The position numbers were made by a program, and so were the translations under genes. The notes under the pieces are model-generated. The model worked only from the letters and a program-made list of their open reading frames with translations. It was not told the origin of the DNA and ran no database searches. A stretch of 52,376 bases of DNA from Amoebophrya sp. A120 (taxonomy: Eukaryota > Protista > Dinoflagellata): contig CAJINV010000004.1 of assembly GCA_905178155.1 (NCBI GenBank), positions 1,794,341 through 1,846,716 on the forward strand, written 5' to 3'. Position 1 is the first letter of the stretch. Each line of letters opens with the position of its first letter. Positions 1 through 11,100 of this stretch are shown one piece after another.

Positions 1-279
1 ACCCTGGCGGGAGTCAAGTCCCCCAGGGCGACCATTCTGAACGTCTGGACCGAGCTGAGTCCATTCATTTCACTACGATCCTGATGGCTTTGCCTTCGTA
101 GTATTTGGGGGATTCGCGGAACATGGTGAAGGGTTTCCTTTAGGATCTAGATAGATTCTGACCATTTCCCTAAGGATCTAGCTAGTTCAGGTCATTCAGA
201 GCTGTCATTTCATTGAGGAACAGGCGTCATTTGGGGCGATCGCGTTACGTGTGTGCGGGATCGATTTCCATGACCAACG
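1..279 (-). repeat. 3' LTR (partial)
   Basis: Matches 5692-5970 except at positions 132, 273 and 279; begins CGTTGG on the minus strand versus TGTTGG in the other copy. Confidence 0.93.
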
Positions 280-290
280 CCCCTCCTCAA
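280..290 (-). other. polypurine tract
   Basis: Minus strand TTGAGGAGGGG directly abuts the 3' LTR start. Confidence 0.7.
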
Positions 291-372
291 TCGCTGCGGC
301 GGTGGTGCTAGTCTGGATAACGTCCTACCGCACTCCCCTCCTGAGCGCGCTGTGGTACACTAGCTACCCCCT

Positions 373-2652
373 CTAGAAACCAAAATAAATCGAATAAGTA
401 TAGCCTACTTTAGCCTTGCCCTTATGATTCCCCTCTATAAAGGTTTCTAAATCATCCTCATCGTCAGAGGAGTCACAAATAAAAGACTTAGGGTCGGGGT
501 TATCAATATGGTGCAAAAGTAAGCGTCTCTGCGGCGCACTACACTCGAGCTTCGTAAGACCGTCTGCCTTCATCAGATAGGTCGGGCAGAACATGATCTG
601 GCTCGTTGCGTCTCTCACGCGGAGATATCGCAGCGCGTAGTGCCTCGATTTCGGTTTGTTGTCTGTGCTCTTAGTTGTAGTTATCGCGGACTGGTTGTCG
701 ATCCACAATGTGGCATCATCCAGGGAGGGAGATAAGCCATTCTGCTTTTCCACCATGACAGTGGGCAGAGGTTTGAAGAACTCTGTAAAGTCATTCTGCT
801 CGCTCAGCACAATAGTGTCGGAAGCAGCTATATACTCCGCCTCCGCCGTGGAGTACGCCCACACGGTCTGCCGGTTGCTACGCCAACAGATCGGGAAGCC
901 GCGGAAGTACATAATGCTACCACTAGTGCTTCGCATGGTCTTGCAACAGTTCGCAAAACTAGCATCCGAAAACAGATTCACATCAGGCAAGTCTCTCCCT
1001 TCGGGCAGTAGCTTGCTGTAGATTCTGTTGAATTCCTCCTCAATTTCCGGACTATACGACAGACCCTGCTCTTTCGTTGTCCTTAGATACTTCAAAATCT
1101 TCTTACAGGCGTTTGCGACAGGTCGAGTCGCCGGCTTGCCCACATATCTGGCGACAGTGGCAACCGGGACAACAATGTCTACCCTGCAAGTGGTTGCAGC
1201 CCACTGCAGAGAGCCAACGACCTCTCGAAGGGGAAAACCTTCAATAACTTTAGCTCCTTCAACTTCTTTAGCGAGTTCAGACTCATCGAAGTTTGGCGAG
1301 TGGACCGGCTTGCCCGCTTCTGAGACGTGGAATTTCTTACAAATCTTGGATATGTACTCTGTCATCACGATCCTAACGGTTCGTAGATTCCAGTTGTAGC
1401 ACACTATTGACCCTAGGAAGTCGAACTTCTTGGACACGGAGTTAAACTCCGGAACAAGCTCGACGTCGATCATGCGCCCCTTGACGTGGTGCAAGATCTC
1501 CGCAAGTTCTCCAGCCAACTCGGACCCAGTCGGAGGACCTGTGATAAGATTATCGTCGACATACACTGCCAACTTCAGAAACTTCCCAGGGAATTCCATG
1601 CTCGGTTTCTTCCACAGACCTGGCGCAGGGGGACAGGGTTCCCAACCTAGCTTGGTCAGTGCTTCCTCATACTTCTTATGCCAGAGCCTGGGGGCGTCTT
1701 TCAAGCCGTAAAGCGCTTTCTTGAGCTTGACAATCTCCACGCCGTGCTTCTTCGCCCAGATGGGTGGCAAGCGGCAGAAGGCGTCGCGATCAAGTAAGGC
1801 ATTGAGAAACGCACTATCAAGGTCGAACGGGATTACATCATCACCGTCTGCGGCTGCAGCGGCTAGAAGTAACCTGTTAGCGGCATGGGACACAACAGGA
1901 GCGAAAGTGTCCAGCTCGCCCGAACGATCTAGATTGCCGAGAACTACTGCTCGCGCTTTCTTCGTACCGTCACGCTTCTCGGTAAGAAGGACAGCAATAG
2001 GCAAAACCTGCTTTGCGGTCGCTAGCTCCTCTTCAGTAGCTGGCTCCCGCACTTTATAGGCTTCAAGTCTACAATCTTCCTTGTTGGTTGCTGCGTTCCA
2101 TTCGACTGAGTCTTTGCAACGAGCTGGGTCCAACTTGGCCGATGTAGTCAAGTAACACTGGACGCCAAGGAATTCCTCGCCTTCCTCTCGATCATCCTGC
2201 GCTGCTATTGCTGCGGCAAAGGCACTAGCGTCCTCTCTCAATTCTGCGAGCTCTTTCTTAGTACGTCTCGCGCGCTTTTTCTTGTCCTTTCTCCCTTTGG
2301 GACGGCCACGACCTCGCGGCTTGGAGTTGCGGTTGCCGGCCACAATCCTTGCCGGAGACGGGCTCGCCTTTCTTGGACTCGATAAGCTGCTGTGAGTGGG
2401 GTGATCGTCCAGATTCCCCTCCTCAGGTTTAACACCTTCAGGCTCGGGATGTATCTGGTCCGGATCATCTTCCCTATCCAAACTTTCAGCCACCAGCGTC
2501 TCTGCAGGACCGTCAGGCTGCCTACCAGTGTGCTCCGAGACATCCACCCCCAGCCGGTGCTCAGCCCTTTTTATCAGACAGACCGACACACGGGAGAGAT
2601 GGCGCGCACGACGCTCCACTAGGTAGGGCCTCGATTGCGTCACACTCGACAT
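373..2652 (-). pseudogene. pol: copia reverse transcriptase + RNase H fragment
   Basis: KARAVVLG, FDLDSAFLNA, LKKALYGLKDAPRLW, YVDD catalytic motif, FSDASFA and STAEAEY RNase H motifs; separated from the integrase ORF by a stop/frameshift. Confidence 0.92.
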
Positions 2653-2785
2653 AGATACCTTTAGAGTTAGGAACCAACTAGGTCTTCAATAAATATTCCT
2701 CGCGAGGTACTCCTCACGGAACTTGACGTCGATGGTAGAATATTCCATCCAACGATGTCCCGCGGCGGACCGGCCATCCGTGACA

Positions 2786-4195
2786 TCAGCCCGAAGACTT
2801 TGGACAAAGGCCGAGAAATACACCACGACGAAATGGCGCGGCCAGCTTTGGAGCTACCACATTTACTCCCCCCTCAGGAGCTTCATGAGCTTCGCCTTTC
2901 TTGACTTGTTCACGAAAATAAACGAGACAACCAAAACGCCTCAGCATCCTTGCGCCAACTTTCGAACTGTTTCTTCCAGTTCTCTCATCTAGAATTTCTG
3001 CAGGAGTCTTTCCGTCGTACTCAGGCATCTTGCTATACTTATGCGGAAGGCGGTCCCAGCATGCTGCAGCGTACTCGACCGAGTAGCACCACAGACGCTT
3101 GTCCACGTTCACCAACATCGCACGCACAGCGCCGAATATGGTCCGCATAAAGCGCTCGCAGGTTCCGTTCTGCTCTGGGTTGTAGGGAACCGTAGGAGCA
3201 TCACCGACCCGCAGCGATTGCATGACCTTGGTCATGGAGTCACTGCCCAGAACTGGCTCATTGTCCCGACGGACGAACCACGCCGCTTTGTCCTCGAGGG
3301 TCAAAGCGTAGCTCTGGCGAATGCCTTTTATTACTTCTTCCAAAACCTCAACGCAGTCACTTTTCAGCTTAAGAGGGACACAGAAACACTTCTTGATGGC
3401 GTCACAGATGACCACCAGCACGCAGGTGCGTGACCGAATCGATACAGGTTTAATACCTACCGCGAAGTCCATCGCAAGTAGTTTCAATGGTTCAGGTTTG
3501 TAATTACTAGTGTCTCGCTCCTTTGCGTGAGAGCTTCTTGCGGCTTTCGCTTTATCGCATTCAGGACACTGGACATTAAGACCATCTACGTGAAAGTGTC
3601 CGAATCTTCTATGTTGTTCTAAACGCGTAAGGTGACAACTAGCAATACTTTCTTCGATTGTAATGCATGCAATGTCTTCCGCGGTGTCACTAGTCGCCTG
3701 ACCCCGGAGGCCCATCACGAAAAGATCACACCCAAGGACTGGGAGGATCAACCTCTCGTGGTTCTTGATTGGTAGCATCTGACCGGATTCCCTGTTGACT
3801 AAGGAACCGCCAGAGCTGTTGCAGTTCAGATCCCACCCACGATCACTGAGATTGTCCTCACCGAGCCACGGAAGAATGCGATCAATATCTCTAGGAAGAT
3901 GCTTAAAGTAGACGCCGTAGGGTAAGCCTAAACCTAAAGCGTTTTCCTTCAGTTTTCCGACAAAACCATCACGAGCCCCGGCCGTGCCATTGATGCGACA
4001 GACGTTGCTCGAGATGTCAATAAAATCTGACTTCTGACGTGATAGATATTTGTTTGCACATGAATCGACCAAGCTCACTTCGTCCTTGGTCTGTGCAATA
4101 AAACAGCTAGAAGAATCTACATCGAAATCTTCTAAATTCTCGAAATTTAGCATACAGCTACCATACTCCGAGATAAATACTCCTCCTTCATCTGG
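2786..4195 (-). pseudogene. pol: copia aspartic protease + integrase fragment
   Basis: LVDSCA protease motif, HRRFGH..CPEC zinc-binding motif, integrase core (AMDF..RRDNE..NGTCER). The frame is open from the gag stop at 4196. Confidence 0.9.
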
Positions 4196-5386
4196 TCAGG
4201 CTGGTCCTTGCCAGACCCAACCACCCTTGTTTCCACCGGCTCCCGGCCCTTGATTCTGGTTGTTCGTCTGATTCTGGTTCACCGGCGGACACCACTGCGG
4301 CTGCTGGTTTCCCCAGGCACCACCCCACTGACCTTTCCCTTGATTGTTAGGATTCCAGCGGCAACGGTCCGCCTTATGGTTTTCCTTGCCACAGATCCAG
4401 CATTTGGGTTTGGTCACAGTGTTGTAGGGAGTGCTCTGGTTCCGACCAGTCTTACCGCCTTTCTGGCCACTTCCGCCCTTGGCGTTAGCTTTCGGGGGCA
4501 GGCCATGGGCAGCCAAGACACTCGCTTCGGTCTGCTTGCGTAGTTTGGCTTTCAAGCGTTTCAAGGCTTTCGCCGAGAACACCTTGCCAGAAGCAGCATT
4601 TTGACCATCATCAGCGGAGTCCGGCTCCTCATCGTCATCATCTTTCTGACGTTTGTTTCCCTTCTTCTTCTTCGTCTTCTCCTCGACGACCGGGAAGGCC
4701 TTGCCAAAGGACGGATTGATTCTCGATCTTGTACGAACCCTCCTTGACCAGGCAGCTGCGCGAGCTTCTTCTCGAGACGGTCGCCGATCTGCTGGAGGGT
4801 GATGTGATCGGACTCGTCCGCGCAGCGGTCGATGGTCTGGCGGAAGGCCGACGCGAACATCTTGGGCAACTTGTCCAGAATGTTCTTGACGTGCTGATCT
4901 TCAACCGGACGCCCGGGCTCCGGGACGTAGACACTCGGCGCCATCGCCATTAACTCGTGGATCTGGGCCAGGAACGTCGGAGCATCCTTCGGCGCGTCGC
5001 GGTTGTCGAAATGCATGGCGTCGATCGAGGACGTCTTGATGTGCTGCTGGTCACGGGAGGCAACATTGAAGCGACCAACATCACGAATACGCATGAACAG
5101 CTGCGCAGCGTCGTCGTTGATGTAGTGCTGACTGTTGACCCACGTGGACACGGACCCGGTACGCGACTTGTAGATGGCATCCTTCAGGTCGCGCCACTTC
5201 TCCCGGATCCCGTTGTTGGCAGCATTGGCCGCCTGCGGAATCCCCGGAGGGTTACCAGCAAGACGATTATCCCAATACTCCTGGAGTCCGAGGCGAGAAA
5301 CCTCGTTCGTGACTCCGCGATGCCAGACGCGCCAGTCCTGCGCGCTGGGCAAGCAACTTCTCAACCAGCTTTGCCTCTTGGCCCAT
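4196..5386 (-). pseudogene. gag: copia gag, frameshifted
   Basis: ATG at 5386 (MGQEAKLVEKL), frameshift into SAQDWRVW..., further shifts near 4600-4750, then the CWICGKENHKADRC CCHC zinc knuckle; TGA at 4198-4196. Confidence 0.8.
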
Positions 5387-5390
5387 TATT

Positions 5391-5970
5391 TCAATCACTT
5401 ATCTGACTAGAAGAGCCAGCTTGAGTCTCAAGGCGTAGCGTGGTGTTAGTGGACTTGAGAACACTCGCACACACTTACACAAGTTTGCTCCACTGAGCTC
5501 GTTATCAATAGCAGTTCAATGAATTCTCTCAATTGCAAGTAAGCAAGCAAGTGACGCAAGTCTCTTGCTGCGTTACATCCTGTAGGTTCAAATCATCCAA
5601 ATTCATCAGATTCATATGGACCAATCGGGTCAGAGTCAAGTGGCAAAACAGCATGGGAGTCCATCCCTCAAGGCTGTCGGCATAATGCTCAACCCTGGCG
5701 GGAGTCAAGTCCCCCAGGGCGACCATTCTGAACGTCTGGACCGAGCTGAGTCCATTCATTTCACTACGATCCTGATGGCTTTGCCTTCGTAGTATTTGGG
5801 GGATTCGCGGAACATGGTGAAGAGTTTCCTTTAGGATCTAGATAGATTCTGACCATTTCCCTAAGGATCTAGCTAGTTCAGGTCATTCAGAGCTGTCATT
5901 TCATTGAGGAACAGGCGTCATTTGGGGCGATCGCGTTACGTGTGTGCGGGATCGATTTCCATGGCCAACA
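5391..5970 (-). repeat. 5' LTR (inner boundary approximate)
   Basis: Outer end TG at 5970 is exact from the repeat match. The inner end is inferred from the PBS-like site and gag start, because the partner LTR is cut off. Confidence 0.75.
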
Positions 5971-6048
5971 CATGGGGATTTGGCTTAATAAAAAGATTTG
6001 TAATGCAAGACTTGCATTTATACGAGTGCGATACTTTTGCACAGGATA
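5971..6048. mobile_element. right half of a family A introner, interrupted by the copia element
   Basis: Ends gatttgtaatgcaagacttgcatttatacgagtgcgatacttttgcacaggata, aligning to the right half of 17204-17358. Confidence 0.88.
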
Positions 6049-6053
6049 CGACT

Positions 6054-6468
6054 AACTTTGGAACAGCTGGACGAAGACGGGTGGGACAAACCGGAGGGAA
6101 AATTGGACATCCTACACCAATATCAAATGTAAAAATGTCTGGGTCTGGAAGATTGCCAGGTTTGTCATGCACATTTTGCATGACTCCTGATGTCTGTGAT
6201 GCATGCCCTAGCATCACAGATTTTGTGAGGGATTCCTGATGCCGATACCGCATGACAAATGCTCTTTCCGTGTAGCAAAACTTGGACTCTCTTTGCTGCT
6301 CATGCAATACAGATTTTTTTAGAATCCAAAATCAGCATGACAAGTTGGATTCTTCCAGACCCAGACATTTTTACAGTTGATAACCAAGACAAGGAGGGCG
6401 AGGACCGGACAAGGCAAGACTCTTTGACCGTCGCAAAAGTTGTCCCGCCCGAGCTGGCTGAGGTATAA
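6054..6468 (+). CDS. 3' exons of an unknown host gene (6054-6120, 6388-6468)
   Basis: Splicing out 6121-6387 gives ...TLEQLDEDGWDKPEGKLDILHQDKEGEDRTRQDSLTVAKVVPPELAEV*. The upstream exons must lie beyond the copia element. Confidence 0.7.
6121..6382. mobile_element. introner family B
   Basis: TIR tatcaaatgtaaaaatgtctgggtctggaaga / tcttccagacccagacatttttacagttgata; direct repeat accaa/accaa. Confidence 0.93.
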
Positions 6469-6739
6469 AGTATTGCATTTTGGATTTGGCTGGTGCGGCA
6501 TGCTGCAGTCCGTCGCCGTCGCAGTGATCGCGGACTCGACGCTTTTTTGATTTCAGATGCACTTGAGTTTGATCATTTCATCGAGTAGAAGTTAGTAGGA
6601 AAAAAGTGTGCTCGTGCTGTAATGGATCATATTAATCGACGGCAAAAACGTACAAACGACACAGCGCGACCCGGAGTCGAAGCAAATTTTCGGCGTTCCC
6701 CCGCCGAAGCAATTTCCGCTGGACTTGGGAGAGGGACAG

Positions 6740-7333
6740 ATGCGACCGACGACAAGCTACGCGCAGGCGCCGAAGTCGCGCATCTACGACAAGGCAGGAG
6801 GAATGTGGACGAAGGTAGGACAAGGCAGTAGTTGTGCATCAGCATCTTCTAGTAGAACTACTAGTCGGTCCACAAAAAGTTCTACTTCCTCGAAAAGCTT
6901 TATTTCTGGGTCGAGCAGCCGCGTTTCTGTCCCTCCAGCTGGAGGCTCTTCTACTACTGCAAGTAGCGGCTCTAGTACTTCTGCTGCAAGAGCTTCTAGT
7001 GCGCGCGAGGACACGTACTATACCGCGACCTGTGCATCGCCGGACTCAACATCTGGTTTGTCCACGGCCGCGTCCTGCTCCTCCTCGTCGTCGTCAACTC
7101 CTGGGCAGGACTCAGAGACCCGCTTGACTAGCAGCCCGGAAAGCGAGGCTTCACTCTCGTGCTCTCCCAAAAATGTTGCGCGAGGACCGAGGCAGCAGGA
7201 GGAGTCTTCCTCTGGTTCTTGCGAGGTGAATGGGAGGAAGTGCGGCAAGAGGGAAGAATTAGATCTTCTCTCGTCCATAAAACAAGTGGCCCATATGGAG
7301 GATCTGGATCGTAGAAGAAGAAACGCGAGATAG
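6740..7333 (+). CDS. Ser-rich hypothetical protein (possibly a 5' exon of the downstream gene)
   Basis: 197-codon ORF from the ATG at 6740; low complexity, no recognisable domain. Confidence 0.4.
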   Translation: MRPTTSYAQAPKSRIYDKAGGMWTKVGQGSSCASASSSRTTSRSTKSSTSSKSFISGSSSRVSVPPAGGSSTTASSGSSTSAARASSAREDTYYTATCASPDSTSGLSTAASCSSSSSSTPGQDSETRLTSSPESEASLSCSPKNVARGPRQQEESSSGSCEVNGRKCGKREELDLLSSIKQVAHMEDLDRRRRNAR

Positions 7334-8143
7334 CAAAGAAAACGGCAACTTACAGCGCCAAAGTTGCTGCATGTTGCAAAGATCCTGTTGCATCTCATAG
7401 ACATAGATGCAGCTTCTCGGCTAGGTTAGTGCGACCCTTCTGAGCACGCAGGAGCACAAGGAGCGACGAGCCACTGAGCACACTTTTAGAAGCCTGGAGG
7501 GGAGTGCGTGTGGGAGCTGCCTTAGAGATCATGCAGCAGTTGCAGTAGGATTCTGATAGTGCAAAAATTAATATCTTCTCCAAAAATAAAGCGAGTATCA
7601 GTATGCAAGCTTACGGTTGGGAGACAGAGTCAAATAACCCAAACGTCTAGGCGACCACGTTTTTCTAGCATCTTATTTATCTTCTGATTCCTTTGAGCAG
7701 CAACGCACGTCTTCTTGACGCGGCGGGCTTGTTTGCCGTAGTGCGACTGGTACTAGCTGTGCGCCTTTCTGAGTTTAGTGGGGCATGAAGCTTCTGCCAC
7801 ACGTGAGAGAGCTCTACCTGGAGCACACTTCTTGGAAAGAGATGCGTTTATCATGAACGACGAGCTGCAGATGGAGGCTGCGTTGCAATTTCAGGAGTTG
7901 TGCAGCTTTCTCTACTGCGGCCATGAGTCATGCCCGTTGCCATAGCCATAGCTGTGGTGTGCGGTGTGCAGCTTCGGCCTCGAATTCAACAGAAATACAG
8001 AAAGCTTTCTTTCATCAAAGATGAATGTGAATCCTTGCTAGGTATAGCTTGTCACTACGCACCCTACGACGTAGAAGACGCGACAAGAAAGATATCCCAA
8101 CATTTCATCCGCCCAGTAAAACAATGATCTTCATTCATCCCAG

Positions 8144-11100
8144 GTCGAAGGCGCTCTCCGTCCGCCCTCCTACAAGACCTACCCGGCGCCGAGCTGCGAT
8201 GAGATTGACGAACTGCTGCTCGACAAGGTGGTTTTTTTCCGCCCGACGACCGCCCCGGCCGCGAATCCATCCACGGCCACCCCGATGCCGTATGCGAAAA
8301 TCAATCCCGAGCGAGAAGACGTCAACTTCGACGATTTAGGTATGGACCGGGAGTACCGTACTCCGTACCCGAAGCCCAAGAACTACGACCTGTACGACGA
8401 GATTCACGAGCCGGGGAATCGAGGCGTGGTGAAAAAATTCAACCCCTTCGCGTCCTTTGCCGTGACCCGGTTCCCCGCGAACGCGCCGAAGCAGGTCCGC
8501 GACGCACGCCAGTGGGGCACGATTGCGCAGATGCAGCTGCGCAACACCGACGACATTTGCGCGGCGTGGATTCCGGGCTACGATCCGAACACCTTCAAGA
8601 TGATCGGCGCAAACAAGAATAAAACGAGACCAGGATCAACATCTGGTGGCGACCAACAAATTGCAACGTCGCCAGACAGTAGAAACAACCGTCCTCTCGA
8701 TTATATCCCTCCCGGCACGCCGCCGCTCGCTCCGGGGATGGAGGTCGATTCCCTGGAGCCGACGGCGCGGGACCCACGGTATGGCGCGCCGCGCCAGATC
8801 GGTGGGGAAGCAGAGACCCCGCCCCGGCCGCGGGGGAAAGACGGGGAGTTATTGCCGGACCCGGAGGAAGAGGAACAATACCAGGAGATCGTGAAATTGC
8901 TCAGCAGCGTACCTCCCGGGGAAGACGGTACTTTGCCGATACCACAACCAGCAGCACAGGAAGGAGGTGCAGAAGTCGCAATGCATTTGGAGGCGGGCGA
9001 CAGCGTTTTATTCCCAACATCCGGAGTGGAACAACAACCGGAAGGGACCCAACTACAACCTGCTCCAGATGCAGTAGGTGACGGAACGTCCTCGGACTCA
9101 GCCCTGTTGCAACTACCAGCGGACCTCACCCCAGAGGAGCAAGCGCGGCTGGCAGATGCGAAAGCAGTGGTGCTGGCGGAAACGAATATCACAAACGAGA
9201 TGGAAATCGCAGAAATCGTCGCGTTGGCCGAAGTCGAGCTGAACCTGGCCCCGCTCGTCGGGGAAAACGCGGACGAAACCACGCTGCACCAGTTCATCCT
9301 GTATCCTGTGCAAAGGTATCGTACTCGTATTGCAATCATGCATTACAAATCTTTTTTTAAGGTAAATCCGCATTACAAATTTTATTTCTCATGCTGAGGA
9401 AATTTGTAATGCATTTATACGAGTGCGATACTTTTGCAGTTCATATCCTGGAGGCCGACGCCATGATGGACAGCAACTCCGCCGAGGCAATCGAAATGCT
9501 TGCGGACGCGAGCATATGCATTGCAAATATGTCTGGGTCTGGTAGGATCCAAACTTGTCATGCTGTTTTTGGATTCTAAAAAAATCTGCATTGCATGACC
9601 AGCAAGAGGAGCCCAGATTGTGCTACGCGCAGACGGCATTTGTCATGCGGAATAGGCATCAGGAAGCCTTCCAAAAATCTGTTAATTATGCTAAGTCATG
9701 CACTACAGGCATCATGAGTCATGCAAAATATACATGACAAACCTGGCAATCTTTCAGACCCAGACATTTTTGCAGTTGATAGAGCACGCAGGCCGAGAAA
9801 TTGGAGGAGCTGGACGAAGAGCAGCAGGAAAAGGAGCGCCAGGCGGCCGTGCAGGCGGCGCGGAGGAACTGGAAACTGGCCGCCAACGCGGTCCGCAGAT
9901 ACAGCAAGTCGAAAAACATCGTACAGGCCATGCACGGCAAGACAACAACCACAGGCTCTTCTTCCTTCAAAGATCATCCACAATCACGCCCGCAGGAGCC
10001 AAAAACCACCGACATCGTTTCCAAGATCATGGCCGACGAGGAGGCGGATGAGGAGCTCAAAGCCGCCGCACTGAAGATTCAGGCGGCGCAGCGAGGCAAG
10101 GCGGACCGCAGGAAGGTGGAAGCGCTGAAAGCAGGACAGCAGGAAGGAGCAGAGGGACTCAGTCCAGCCGGCGGCGATGCTATGCAGTGCAAGAGTATCG
10201 TACTCGCAGTATTAATTGCAGTCATGCATTACAAATCTTGTTCCTAACGTCAACCAGCATTACAAATTCCATTTCTCATGCTGAGGCAATTTGTATATGC
10301 GATTCATACTACTACGACATGCTTTTGCAATTCATAGATGCTGGTGAACAACAAACTGCAGGAGAGGGCGTGATCGTCATCGATGAAGAAGATGAAGAGC
10401 TAAAACAAGCGGCAATCCGCATCCAGGCTGTGCAGCGGGGAAAGCAGGACCGTCGGAGGTTGCAGAAACTGGAAGAAGAGAAGAAAGTCGTCGTGTCCGA
10501 CACCGAACTATCAAGTGCAAATATGTCTGGGTCTGGAAGAGTGCAAGTTTGTCATGCTTGTCTCGCATGCCTCTTAAATCTGTAATGCATGACCAGGAAG
10601 GCAGTTTCTTACCTGCCATTAAAGAATGAACTTTCTCCTGCGGGAAGCAAAACACATACGAGCTCAGAAACTTGTCATGCCTGGCTGCATATCGCAGTGC
10701 GTCAACCATTCACAAACTAGCATCACAAGTTTCCAGACGCAGACATATTTGCAATGCATACGAACTGCTAGAATTAATGAACGACGAAAACGCGGACGAA
10801 GAGCTGAAGGCGGCGGCAGTAAAAATCCAGGCGATTCAGCGCGGCAAGGCGGACCGAAGGAAGGTCCAAGAAAAAATATCCGCGCAGAAGGAGGGTACCG
10901 CGATACTAGAAGATCCTGCTGCCGCAACGGTAACTGCTGCACCTAAAGCAGAAGAGCACCAAGACGGTCATCTTGACGAGCAACAAGTGGAACCGCGATC
11001 GTCCACAACCGGCGTCAGTTTTGAGAAAGACGAGGAAACGATGATCGAACTAGACTTAGTCGAGGATGAAGAATTAAAACAGGCCGCGATCAAGATTCAG

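Larger units (their letters stand above)
1..5970 (-). mobile_element. Ty1/copia LTR retrotransposon, degenerate, 3' LTR truncated by window edge
   Basis: 1-279 repeats at 5692-5970 with 3 substitutions. Internal minus-strand domains are in copia order gag-PR-IN-RT-RNaseH. A polypurine tract lies next to the 3' LTR. Confidence 0.95.
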
